Notes: generated by a model not told the origin, from the sequence alone. Counted from the first letter of the stretch, positions 1 through 12,721 are shown. The stretch is DNA of 64,000 nucleotides from Octopus sinensis (GCF_006345805.1 NC_043006.1:94178001-94242000); one strand, 5' to 3'. Made by a program: numbers and translations.

Positions 1-259
1 ACCATACTACACAACACCACATGACATCACACCACCCCGCACACACTAGCACTGGCCACTTCCCAGCGCCACACCATCGTCTACACACCTACTCATGCAT
101 ACAAGCACACGTCAAGGTCACCAACCCTCTTCCACACGCACATACATGCTCTCTTATATGTACACACACACGCGCATCTTCGTTTTGGGATCACCACTAC
201 TTTATTATCTCCGCTTCTTCCTAGCTCTCCTCTGTGACCCCTCTGCTCTGCATTTACCA

Positions 260-425
260 TGATAGATCGCTAGCCACCACACATTCTTTATTTTCTCTCC
301 TTGTTTCTTTCTGTGGAAGAGCGTAGGCTCGGAACGTTAAAGACTTTTTCCCTTCCCGAGCGTTAAACTAACACATCTGTTTGTTGTTTACACACACTTC
401 TTCATCTTTTTTTTTTGTGAATTCT
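260..425 (+). mobile_element. 3' end of a Penelope-like/non-autonomous repeat with degenerate minimal hammerhead motif (306-343)
   Basis: tcttt-CTGTGGA-a-gagc(gtag)gctc-GGAAC-GTT-aaaga: HHR type-I layout with mutated core. Confidence 0.4.
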
Positions 426-553
426 CCCCCTATAGTCCAATACAGTTCAAATCCCGTAAATCCAATTTATTAACGATTATTTCATTAGGAGAATATAAAA
501 AATAAAGTTGATATTCCTATGATTACGATTGTGTCACATCCATCATCACAGAA

Positions 554-588
<35 letters not shown>

Positions 589-733
589 TAAATTATTTTG
601 CATGTCTTCAGATCAAACGATATCATGTTTACATCCATTCATCAACTCAGTACTTTCATACAAATGCAGAAAGACATCTTGAAAATAATTATGCAATGAA
701 ACCAATAATTAATAAATTATTTATCAATTATTG

Positions 734-1373
734 GCATAATTAAATCTCAAAATGAGATTGAAGCAGTAATCGCTCGATAATGTAAAGTATAGAAGCCATC
801 TTATCATGGCTAACCACATTGGGGAGGGGGTGTTACTGTAGCTTTATAGCCCCAAGAGATCTTCGTCTCAAGCTGGCTTTAGACACAATATCAGTGTGCT
901 TGGAGTATTTGCAAAGGGAGGCCATCCCTTCCTCGCAAGCCTGAGTGATACGCTCGAACTAGTTTCGGGATTGTTCTCCCTCGTCAACGGGCGGTAACCA
1001 CCAGGTAGCGATGAAAGTGAAGGCTTCTTTGCAAATTATATATAAGTTTTTCTAATGGCGTCTGCCACTTTTCGACATGAGTGGCAGACGCCATTAGAAA
1101 AACTTATATATAATTTGCAAAGAAGCCTTCACTTTCATCGCTACCTGGTGGTTACCGCCCGTTGACGAGGGACAACAATCCCGAAACTAGTTCGAGCGTA
1201 TCACTCAGGCTTGCGAGGAAAGGATGGCCTCCCTTTGCAAATACTCCAAGCACACTGATATTGTGTCTAAAGCCAGCTTGAGACGAAGATCTCTTGGGGC
1301 TATAAAGCTACAGTAACACCTCCTCCCCAATGTGGTTAGCCATGATAAGATGGCTTCTATACTTTACATTATC
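734..1373. mobile_element. Fold-back (palindromic) Penelope-type non-autonomous element: 294-bp arms 776-1069 and 1080-1373, 10-nt loop, 42-nt one-sided tail
   Basis: Arms are reverse complements without indels (about 3 substitutions seen); ttatcaattattg at 721-733 and 1369-1381 is a candidate TSD; each arm carries an HHR-like motif. Confidence 0.8.
1156..1198 (+). ncRNA. Minimal type-I hammerhead-like motif (mirror copy at 951-993, minus strand)
   Basis: cgcccg-TTGACGA-ggga(caacaa)tccc-GAAAC-ta-GTT-cgagcg; palindromic ACTAGT stem III; C3U core variant. Confidence 0.55.
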
Positions 1374-1399
1374 AATTATTGTTTTCCACAATATCCAGG

Positions 1400-1633
1400 T
1401 GTGTTTACAATGATCAAATGTATGTGCTGAACATTTGCTCCCTCACTTCATCAAATCAACGTTACCTGAACAGGTGAACGGTGTGCCACACTTCAGGTGT
1501 GAAAGTGATCGCAGGGCAGCAACGTGGGATGAAGTGTTTTGCTCAAGAACACAAAGTCCCATCCGGTCCAGGAATTGAAACTGCGATCTCGCGCTCGTGA
1601 GTGCAACACCCTAACCACTAGGCTACGCACCTC
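1400..1633 (-). mobile_element. tRNA-derived SINE
   Basis: Minus strand reads gtagcctagtggttagg (A box) ... gtttcaattcc (B-box-like), then gtgttcttgagcaaaacactt (CORE-like). Confidence 0.65.
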
Positions 1634-1775
1634 ACCTCTCTCTTACACACACATACACCCACCCATCCACACACATACAGACACACTCACATATATATAT
1701 ACATATACACAGACACATATCCACATACACGCACATATATATATACACACACACATATACATATATAAATATATA

Positions 1776-1814
<39 letters not shown>

Positions 1815-2459
1815 GTGACTGTGATTACATACAATTGTATTAATTGTTCGCGTGTCTGCAGGCAGGCGTGGCATTCGAATAACTAAGCGTTCTCTTTTGT
1901 ACAAGTGTGTCGTCTCGTACCTGGGAATATTCAAACCAGCTCTAGCGTAGTCCGGAAGCTCTGCTATCAAAAGCGCAGAATGTTCTTACTGGAAAATTAG
2001 TTTACACACGCACGCACACACACACACAAAGCCAGGAAGGACGGAAGGACAAAAAGAAAATGTCAAATGAAAACGCTGTGTCATTCACTGCCTCATTCTA
2101 CGTAAAAACTGAGTTTTTTAAACCGTAAAACTGCGCTAAATATCTGGGCTAATTTAACACCATTCACACCACACAGTTAAAGACTTGATTGTGAGAGCTC
2201 TCTCCCTCCCCCTCTCTCTCTCTTTCATTTACGCTTTCTTTCTACGTGTGTTACCTGCTCACACTCTAATACTTTCGTACAAGCCCACGCCTTTGTCTCT
2301 CTCTGTCAAACTCTGTCTCGGCGCCACCCCTCTCTCTTTGTGTCTGTCACTTACGCAACCATACATACACTGAGGAAGACAGCTATCCGTACTTATATGC
2401 ATAAATGTGCGTTTGTATACACACACACACACATATATATATATATATGTATATGTATC

Positions 2460-2499
<40 letters not shown>

Positions 2500-2546
2500 C
2501 ATATACATATATATATATGTGTGTGTGTATATATATATATGCTTAG

Positions 2547-2775
2547 GGCGGTGAGCTGGCAGAATCGTTAGCACGCCGGGCGAAATGCTTATCGATATTT
2601 CATCTGCCGTTACGTTCTGTGTTCAAATTCCACCGAGATCGACTTCGCTTTTCATCCTTTCGGGATCGATTAAATAAGTACTAGTTACGCACTGGGAACG
2701 ATATAATCGATTTAATCCCTTTGTCTGTCCTTGCTTGTTCCCTCTATGTTTAGCCCCCTGTGGGCAATAAAAATA
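2547..2775 (+). mobile_element. tRNA-derived SINE with Deu/Nin-type domain (abundant family)
   Basis: ggcggtgagctggcagaatcgttagc...gttcaaattcc...tttcatcctttcggg.tcgat..aataagtac; many copies in the window. Confidence 0.85.
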
Positions 2776-3164
2776 CATACATATATATATATATATATAC
2801 ACATACGTCTACACACACACATATGTTTATATCTTTACGTTCCGTGTTCAAATTCTGCCGAGGTCGACACTTTGCCTTTCGCCCTTTCGTGGGAGGGGGG
2901 TCAATGTAATCGACTCATCCCCACCTCTCCCATAATTGCTGGCCTGAGCGTACGTATGTACGAATATGTGTGTGTACGTACGTACGTATGTATGTATGTA
3001 TGTATGTATGTATGTATGTATTATGTATGTATGTATGTATGTATGTATGTATGTATGTATACCTTATCTGTATTGATTATTTAAATTCTCTTCCCTGAGT
3101 TGAATCTGGTCTTTTACAAATGCTAAGATCCTTCGCTAAAATTTGGATCACAAAAACGATTAAA

Positions 3165-3392
3165 CACGGTGTTCAAAAAGTCACTCCGCAGTAAGTGTTT
3201 TAGTGCAAAATAAATATTTATAAGATGGTATAAGACTACTAAATAATATACTAGACTTTACAAACTTTATAAGAGGTGTTTACAAGTCTCGTCCTTCATT
3301 TTCAATATATAAGCTGAATCTTGTACATTTATTTGGAAATACATGCGCAGGATGAAAAAATTTCACTGAGGTGAGACTTTTTGGACACTCTG
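3165..3392. mobile_element. Tc1/mariner-type MITE
   Basis: Imperfect 28-bp TIRs cacggtgttcaaaaagtcactccgcagt / actgaggtgagactttttggacactctg followed by TA. Confidence 0.65.
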
Positions 3393-3635
3393 TACTTATA
3401 TATAGAACTGAAGAAAATCTTGTGCGTCTTTTTACAATTGTGCTTCCGGTTTATATTCATAAAATGTTTGCTAAGCTGATTACTTTCTTTGCCTGTTAAT
3501 CCCAACTTTTCACGATTAACGCTTAGACATTTCCTAACATATCTAATCGTAAAAATAATTGTTGGTATAAATGGGAATTTATACAGCTGTGAAGGGAAAC
3601 TTCAGGTTTCGAAATCGTCTATTAAAGATTTATTT

Positions 3636-3957
3636 ATTTCAGTCATTGGACTGCGGCCATACTGGGGCACCGCCTTGCAGGTTTTAGTCGAACAAACCGA
3701 CCTCCTTGATTATTTTTTTTAAAATTCTGTTATTTATTATATTTGTCTCTTTTTACCGAAACATTAAGTTACGGGGGGAGGGTAAACGAAATAAATCAAT
3801 TGCCATACAGTGATGACGGCGACACACACGCGCACGCACACACACAATAGCCTTCTACAAAGTTTCCGTCTACCAAATTCACTCACAAGACATTGGTCGG
3901 TCGGGGGCTAGAGTAGAAGACACTTGCCTAAGGTGCTTGACAGAGGGACTGAACCCC
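3636..3957 (-). mobile_element. tRNA/CORE-type SINE (second abundant family)
   Basis: Minus: gggttcagtccc...caccttaggcaagtgtcttctac...tttggtagacggaaac, internal (TG)n, tail ...ggccgcagtccaatgactgaaa. Confidence 0.75.
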
Positions 3958-4964
3958 ATTTCTGCGTCTATTTTAACCACATATTTTGCTCCGCATTTAT
4001 TTCAAAAGCAATGTTCAAAATTGCAGAGCAGCCGACTCCCGTACTTGTAATCCAAACCACAGCAAATTTTGGTGGAAATGTTTCCTCAATATTCCGTCCA
4101 TTCTAATCTCTGTATTCACCACCAGTAAATCCATTTCTTTTGATATTGTCTCAGGAGAATTTAAATCTTATATTACTCTAGAAAGAACACCAAGCTCCGT
4201 TGGACAGTGTTTGCAGCACTTGAGACGAGAAGTGGCTGATAGCATCCTGTTTCGGCTTCCCTAAGTTCTTCGAGAAAAGAAGCTCGTGAGAGGGACCCCG
4301 CAATCTTGAAACAGTGCAACGTTGAGAGCAGAATAAAGAGAAAGAGAGAGAGAGAGCTGAATAAAGACATTGAGAGAAAGAGAGAAATTAATCTCACTGC
4401 ATGGCCGATAATTTATTTATCGACCCCCCCCCCCCGAAGAGTAAAAAGCAAAGTTGAACATGACAAATAAAGCAATCATTTTTATATTTTGGAACAGTGG
4501 ATTCCGAAGCATATAAAGCTAATAATAATCGCATGAGGATGTACCGCTGTAAAAACCTTTCGGAAAGGAAAAGCGGAAGCTGTCTTTATGTGTGTTCGAG
4601 AGCTACACTTCCAAATAGGAATTATTTCTTGTTCGCTCGATAGTTTGTTAAAATTCTTATGACGTCAACAATCGCTTTCATATTTCGTTGGGCAGTGATT
4701 GTATTTCCCTATATGTATTTTAGCGTCGGGTGGCGCTTGTGTAGAGTATGCGCTGTGTGGTTTGTGCTAGTTTCGGTGATTATTGCGCTTTTTATGCGCT
4801 GCACCTGTTGCATTTTTATGTCTGAGTACCGAGTGGTGACTGCATTGAATATGTACTGCGTAGGCTGTGTTATGTTATTGCTAGGTGGTAACTCCGTCAT
4901 ATGTCAGTTGTGCCAGAACGCACTTGTCATTAAAAACGATAAAAAAAAATCACGACCATTATTA

Positions 4965-4999
<35 letters not shown>

Positions 5000-5036
5000 G
5001 TTATTATTATTATTATTATTGTTGTTGTTGTTGCTG

Positions 5037-5068
<32 letters not shown>

Positions 5069-5863
5069 GGTGGCGGTGTTGCTGCTGCTGCTGTTGCTTT
5101 TATTGTAGAAGTAATCATTTATTTATGAAACGTTGCTGAGTAGCAGAAGTCGCTCAATGCAGCACTGAATACGTAGCGAAACTTAGTTTGTGTCTCTGTA
5201 GATCGATTTTCGGTCTTTCATCCTCCACCTCTGGTGTACATAAAATGATTGTAAGTTAAGTGACATCGGTCAATTAAATCGACTAAATCACTTTACTCGT
5301 CACTAAATATGTCTCCTTGTGCTGATATGAGATATCATCGTTGTTTGTCAATGGTGCTACATCAAACATACTAAACACACCTAAATAAATATAACTGCTG
5401 CATACGTTTCGACATTCATTGCTCTCAGGGAAAATTAAAGAATAAAGGAGAGGGCAACTGTACTTAGTGTCCAAGGGATATAACTCTTTGAACCTTTTTT
5501 TTAATTTCTTTCTTTAATGTGAAACAAAACGATGGAAATAATAAAACTGAAATAAAAAAGAAATAATGAGAAAATATTGAATTTTATCTTTTCATCACGC
5601 AGTTACGTTAATATAAGGCAAATCGGATGAAAATCATATCACAGTTAATATTTTATAAGGAAAATTATGGATTTATAATGTATAAAAAGAAAATTAGTTG
5701 AAGTAATGTAATAGATTTAATTTGTCTTGTTTAGCACCACCAGCTGGCCCCTGGGTGCCCTGAGTGGTGTTTATTATATATGTATGTAGGTATGTGTGTG
5801 TATGTATGAATGTATGTATGTTTATATGTGCCTGCTGTCTGTCTGTCTGTCTGTCTGTCTGCC

Positions 5864-5925
<62 letters not shown>

Positions 5926-6112
5926 TCTATCTATTTATCTACACACACACACACACACACACCAGTTAGTTTTTAGTTTACTTCCTACGTGATATTCATA
6001 AAATGATAAGCAGAAATATGTTCTCACATTCTCCAATTCTTTCTTTCTCGCTCTCTCCTTCAATAATACTTTTTTTCCTCCTCCCTCCATAACCACACAC
6101 ACGCACACGCGC

Positions 6113-6187
<75 letters not shown>

Positions 6188-6673
6188 CATAAAATAAAAA
6201 TACAAGGCCAACACACAGATAATGTCTGAATTATTCCTTCCACACCCAATAAAACACACGAGCCATGACTAATATATCACACTTGGCTAAACAATGGATC
6301 AATAACAACAACAACAAGAGCAACAACAACTACATTAACGAGCATAAAAACAACAACAACAACAATAAACAACGAGTGGTATTTATTAAACTTTGAAGAG
6401 TAGAATATAAAAAAAAAACGAGAAGAGATCACATAGAATATTCTATCAATAAAGCATTAGAGGTATACGGGAGAATCATATTGGGGATTGAAAAAAGAAT
6501 ATTTTATACATACACATACAAGCAGACCTATGTACATACATACGCACACATATACATACGCACAATCATACATACATACATACATACATACAAATATGTC
6601 AGTATATGTATATATACACATATATACTTAACGGTAATAATTATCCCAGCCTCAATCTCTCTGTCTATATATA

Positions 6674-6707
<34 letters not shown>

Positions 6708-6708
6708 G

Positions 6709-6740
<32 letters not shown>

Positions 6741-6779
6741 GATATGTATATGTATGTACATATGTATGAATATGTATTT

Positions 6780-6874
<95 letters not shown>

Positions 6875-7639
6875 TATATATCAACACATAAGATTGAGTA
6901 TAGTAAAGAAGAAAAAATGCCCATCTATTTAACCTTGCGCAGGTCGAAGTTGAAGCTGGGCGTTGAGATTATACATAGAGAGAGTCAGTAGGATATTTAA
7001 TTATGATACACACTCACATACACTCACATCCGCACACACTTGCACAAACAAAGACTTTATGATTACACTTTAACACAAATTCACACACATATAAGTAACA
7101 AAATTAATCACAAAGGCGCCCACCCATACATACATGTATATATATATATATAAATATATGAATTAGATAAATATATATACACACACATATATTTACACAC
7201 CCGCCCTCCCTCTCTCTCTCTCTCTTTCTCACACTCACACACACACAAACATATATATATATCTTTATACAAACGCACATACGATTGTTCTACGTATGTC
7301 AGTTCAATTTTCGTTGACGTCAAATCTGATTTTATCTTATCGTGGTCGATAAATGAAGTACCAGTCAAGGCGGTTAGTCTCTCTTTAGTCTCTCTGTTTT
7401 GTTTCTTTGTCTCTTTATTCTGCTTTTCTGTCTCTACGTTGTGTTCTGAGAAAGTTCTTGGAGGATGAATACAGCATTCCCGAAATGAATGAATGACTAG
7501 GAACGTCTCCAATAAAGAATTACTGATATATGAAGGACACCTTTCGAGGATGGTCCCTTGAGATATACTACACAGAATCGTATCTAAATAATCCTTACTA
7601 TTATAGAGACAACTCCCGAAATTTGGGAGGCGGGGACTA

Positions 7640-7784
7640 GTCGAGAACATTGACTCCAGTGCGCAACTGGTACTTAATTTATCGACGCCCAAAAGGATGG
7701 AATTTGAACTCAGAACGTAAAGACAGACGTAATGCTGCTAAGCATTTCTGCCATCGTGCTAACGATTCTGCTAGCTTGCCGCCT
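7640..7784 (-). mobile_element. Deu/Nin-type SINE, internally deleted
   Basis: Reverse complement of ggcggcaagctagcagaatcgttagcacg...gagttcaaattcc. Confidence 0.7.
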
Positions 7785-8445
7785 TGGAATGGTATAAAAA
7801 TAAAAATGGTATAAAAATAATATTGTTGATAACAATACTGGTTAACCTTGGATGATGTCAATTAGAAAATGTAGTTTCAAATTTCACCTTGTACTCTCTT
7901 TACTCGCTGGAACTCTCATTAAAACAATGTGCTAAAATATTTATATTATTGTGCGATGCTTATAGGTATGTATGCGGGATAGCTTGCAGTTTGCGTCTGA
8001 AATCGTAGCAGATGTGATTGTTTCCATCTTATACAAAATATGTGTACAATTTTCTTATATTCAATTTGTGTACATTCCATACATTGATTGTGTCACATGC
8101 ATTATTTCCATAAAATTATGGAATATCATTGTCACCATTTCTGTTTTCTATCGCAATTTACTTTCATTATTTTTAATACAATTTAATTTCACTATTTTAC
8201 GTTCTGAAACTGCATGCAAATATGTACGTACGTATATGTATACATACAGATGCATATATGTACATATATATATATATTTTTTATTAATTGTTATCAGAAG
8301 TAAAAGAGGGTCTCAAGGGCCGTGAGTTTAGTGGGTTAGCACTTAGCAAACTTATACCAACGCACGAAACTCTTGGCCCCTAAGTTACTCTGTTACTTCA
8401 GCCATTAATAACAAAAATGTATATACACTCATATCTTGAGTTCTA

Positions 8446-8670
8446 TTAGGTAGTCCGGAAAGTTCGTGCCGATTTATAGTAGCTCACCTTTCGACTCACC
8501 CTCTCACGAACCTCAATTCTGCAAAGAGGTAATTATCAAGTTAAAGGAAAGATGGAGATGCATTGTGTAACAAAATGGTCCATATTTGGTTGATGAAAAA
8601 TGTAATGGCAAGTATTTATTGACCTTTTTCTTTCCTTTAAAAATCGGCACGAACTTTCCGGACAACCCAA
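8446..8670 (+). mobile_element. Mariner deletion derivative (MITE) with TA TSD
   Basis: TIRs ttaggtagtccggaaagttcgtgccgattt / aaatcggcacgaactttccggacaacccaa flanked by TA; interior encodes a mariner C-terminal remnant (IIKLKERWRCIV*QNGPYLVD). Confidence 0.85.
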
Positions 8671-8804
8671 TATTTTACCACCTGTTTGCATCAACGAACC
8701 TGTATGCATTTGTGTGTTTGTGTGTGTGTGTGTATGTGCCAGGGGTGGTGGTATTAAACCAGGTGGTTGTTTAAATGTTCACGTTGTTATCATCATCATC
8801 ATCA

Positions 8805-8838
<34 letters not shown>

Positions 8839-8982
8839 GTTAATCGATTTTAGGGATGGGGAATTTCGAAACAGCTAATAAACAGTACAATATTGGACTG
8901 AAAACCCATTGGAAGGCTTTCTTTGCTTCGAGATTCACTGCTCTTATAAGCGATTATTTCACATTCTAAAACTCTCATGATG

Positions 8983-9013
<31 letters not shown>

Positions 9014-9552
9014 AATTTTTATTACTATTGTTGTTGTTGTTGTAACTATTTTAATTTTTGTTGTTTATTTGCAATTTTCGCTTTCGTAATTTTCCTTCGT
9101 CCTGTCTTTCTAATTTTCGCTTTTTTCTGCTTTTAGAAAATTGGCTGGAATAATTTGGGTGGTAACATTATAGTGGTAATTAAGGGTAATTAAATCGGGT
9201 ATGTGGAAACACTGAGAGAGGTTGTGGGAAAGAGAGTGGCGTGGTTGACAAGAGGCTAATGAGCTTTTAACGTAGAAAATATACAAGACTTCACACACAT
9301 ACACATGCGTGCGTCCGCGTGGGTGTGCGTGTGCGTGTGCGTATATATATATGCGTGTCTATATAAAAGAAGACGCAGATAGAGAGATTGATGCATAGAT
9401 ATATTGGTAATACTGTGAAAATCATGGATATACATATACACACAAACATGTGAGTACATGTGTGTGTAAGTATATATGTGCGCACATATAGGCGCATATA
9501 TAGGTACGCGTATGTGAGTATATTTATGTATACGTGTGTGTGTCACTGCAAG

Positions 9553-9585
<33 letters not shown>

Positions 9586-9589
9586 TATA

Positions 9590-9778
9590 GTTAATCCAAA
9601 CATGAAAACACAAAGAGAAAACACAACAACGCGAGGACATGGAACAAATATAGTATTATTGGACGCTCAGGAAAGAAGGAGGGCATAACGTTTCGAGCGG
9701 AGCTCTTCGTCGGAAACATAGGAGAAGGAAAGATCCAGAGAAGGGGAAAAAAATCGCCAACGGTACACACGCGGTCAC
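9590..9778 (-). mobile_element. Short (TA)n-inserted repeat family (other copies 24977-25168, 30825-31012)
   Basis: Three homologous copies gttaatccaaac...acgcgaggacgtggaacaaata...aaaatcgccaacggtacacacgcggtcac, all bounded by (TA)n; minus strand has CCGACGAA-gagc(tcc)gctc-GAAACGTTA. Confidence 0.75.
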
Positions 9779-9813
9779 TTATATATATATATATATATAA
9801 TATGATATATATA

Positions 9814-9863
<50 letters not shown>

Positions 9864-10067
9864 AGAGAGGAAGAGAAGAGAGAGAGTGAGTGGGGGAGAA
9901 GGAGAAAGATAGACAGAGAAAAAGACATATATATATATATATATATACATGCATGTTTGCATGTATGTATGTATATGTATTATATATATACACGCACACA
10001 GACACATAAATATGTGTATGTAGGATGTAATATATATATATATATATAATCTATTATATGTAATAAC

Positions 10068-10112
<45 letters not shown>

Positions 10113-10390
10113 TATATATATCTAGAATCTATATATACTATATATATATATATCTATATATATATATATAATTAATCAATATAGGGTGGCCAAAAAAATT
10201 TTGGAGAATTTTTTTGCCACCAGCGGCCTAGTGGGAAAAAATAAATAGTCATAGACCATTTTTAAGTTCAACTCAACAATCAAGGAACGGCCATAATAGA
10301 CCATTCACCCACTAGAAATAACGCCAAGCTTCAACCGCAAATAAAAATCAATCCGTAAACAGGAGAAAATTTAAAAAACATTTACCCTGT

Positions 10391-10494
10391 AATCTTATAC
10401 GATGCACCGTTTCATCTGCTGTTTAATGGCAAACTAACCTGATTAAATTAAATCAGCCATCTTCCATAGGCCCTCAGATTCTTCAGTAAGAAAT
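10391..10494 (-). ncRNA. Hammerhead ribozyme, family A minus copy
   Basis: Reverse complement of the 10984-11090 motif with a few small indels. Confidence 0.75.
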
Positions 10495-10983
10495 AGCCCA
10501 AGTCGGAACAGATATTTACACGAGGCATTTCCGACCCTGCAAGGTAATATCTGACCTAAAATTTTCAAATCATCGCACTCGCGCCAAATTTATCGGCAGC
10601 AAATAAATATAAGCCGTCGATTCCATTACGGAATTAACCAGAAAATTCATAAATAATCAATATAGGGTGGCAAAAAAAATTTTGTAGAATTTTTTTGCCA
10701 CCAGCGGCCTAGTGGGAAAAATTAAATAGTCATAGACCATTTTTAAGGTTCAACATCAACAATCAAGGAACGGCCATAATAGGCCATTCACCCACTAGAA
10801 ATAACAGCCAAAGCTTCAACCGCAAATAAAAATCAATTCCGTAAACAGGAGAAAATTAAAAAAACATTTACCCTGTAATTTCTTATACGATGCACCGTTT
10901 CATCTGCTGTTTAATGGCAAACTAACCTGATTAAATTAATCAGGGTCGGAAATGCTCGTGTAATATCTGTTCCGACTTGGGCT

Positions 10984-11090
10984 ATTTCTTACTGAAGAAT
11001 CTGAGGGCCTATGGAAGATTGGCTTGATTTAATTTAATCAGGTTAGTTTGCCATTAAACAGCAGATGAAACGGTGCATCGTATAAGAAAT
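10984..11090 (+). ncRNA. Type-I hammerhead ribozyme with extended stem II (family A); predicted cleavage after A11082
   Basis: atttctta-CTGAAGA-atctg-[58-nt insert with hairpin]-cagat-GAAAC-ggtgcatc-GTA-taagaaat: all three stems pair and the core is canonical. Confidence 0.85.
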
Positions 11091-11466
11091 TAGGGTAAAT
11101 GTTTTTTAATTTTCTCCTGTTTACGGAATGATTTTTATTTGCGGTTGAAGCTTGGCTGTTATTTCTAGTGGGTGAATGGCCTATTATGGCCGTTCTTGAT
11201 TGTTGATGTTGAACTTAAAAATGGTCTATGACTATTTAATTTTTTCCCACTAGGCCGCTGGTGGCAAAAAAATTCTACAAAATTTTTTTTGCCACCCTAT
11301 ATTGATTAATTATGAATTTTCTGGTTAATTCCGTAATGGAATCGACGGCTTATATTTATTTGCTGCGATAAATTTGGCGCGAGTGCGATGATTTGAAAAT
11401 TTTAGGTCAGATATTACCTTGCAGGGTCGGAAATGCCTCGTGTAAATATCTGTTCCGACTTGGGCT

Positions 11467-11575
11467 ATTTCTTACTGAGGAATCTGAGGGCCTATGGAAG
11501 ATTGGCTTGATTTAATTTCAGGTTAGGTTAGTTTGCCATTAAACAGCAGATGAAACGGTGCATCGTATAAGAAAT
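11467..11575 (+). ncRNA. Hammerhead ribozyme, family A second plus copy; predicted cleavage after A11567
   Basis: Same motif with CTGAGGA core, 485 nt downstream of the first. Confidence 0.8.
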
Positions 11576-11883
11576 TACAGGGTAAATGTTTTTTAATTTT
11601 CTCCTGTTACGGAATTGATTTTTATTTGCAGTTGAAGCTTGGCTGTTATTTCTAGTGGGGAATGGCCTATTATGGCCGTTCCTTGTTGTTGATGTATATA
11701 ATATATATATATATATATAATATATATACCATATATATATATATGCATGCATGAATATATATATATATATACATGTATGCATTTTTGCAAGTATGTATGT
11801 ATATATATATATATACATACATACAGAAACATACATACAAATAAATGTATCTATATGAGATGCATTGTTCGTAAGTTTGTATG

Positions 11884-11923
<40 letters not shown>

Positions 11924-12477
11924 CATACATATGTATATATATGTATATATATACATATATATATTACATATATGTATGTATATATACATATATATATACA
12001 TATATATATATACATATATGTATGTATATATACATATATTATATACATATATATATATACATATATGTATATAATATACATATATGTATGATATATACAT
12101 ATATATATATATAACATATATGTATGTATATATACATATTATATATATATATATATATATATTATATACACATACATACATACACACATATATAGGGATA
12201 GATTCCTCCACAGATGGGCCAACATGCACACACTCGCACGCTCACACGCATACAAGTACATTCGGTTTAACAACAACAACACCCTCTCCCACCCGTTTCC
12301 AATAGCAACACTTCCACGTTCATTCATGTCATTGGTCCTAACACACTCTTTAATAACCCTGTAATTTAGCACTAATTAAGAGAAAAACAATAAAGCAAAA
12401 ACAAACTTTATTTCCTGATTTCAGTAAACAAATCTTGAAATACAATACATAAAAAAAAAGAAAAGAAAGAAGTAAAA

Positions 12478-12633
12478 GCGTGGGTCTGTAGTAAGAAGTC
12501 TTTTCCCCAGCAACATAGTTCTGGGTTCAGTCTCATTGCTTGGCACCTTGGGCAATTTTGTCCAGCTGTAGCCTCGGCCCGACCAAAGCTTTGTGAGTAA
12601 AAGTGGTAGGCGGAAACTGAACGAATCCCGTCG

Positions 12634-12688
<55 letters not shown>

Positions 12689-12689
12689 A

Positions 12690-12721
<32 letters not shown>

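Larger units (their letters stand above)
10172..11693. mobile_element. Retrozyme-like array: ~481-485-bp non-coding unit, about 1.6 copies on minus (10172-10940) joined to about 1.6 copies on plus (10941-11693), within (TA)n
   Basis: Direct repeats (taatcaatatagggtgg near 10173 and 10654) and their reverse complement to the right; one HHR per unit; no ORF listed over the unit. Confidence 0.8.

Noticed and set aside
10172-11693. CRISPR array or protein-coding interpretation of the repeats
   Set aside because: Units are about 480 bp with no unique spacers, no cas genes and no ORF, in a eukaryotic context.
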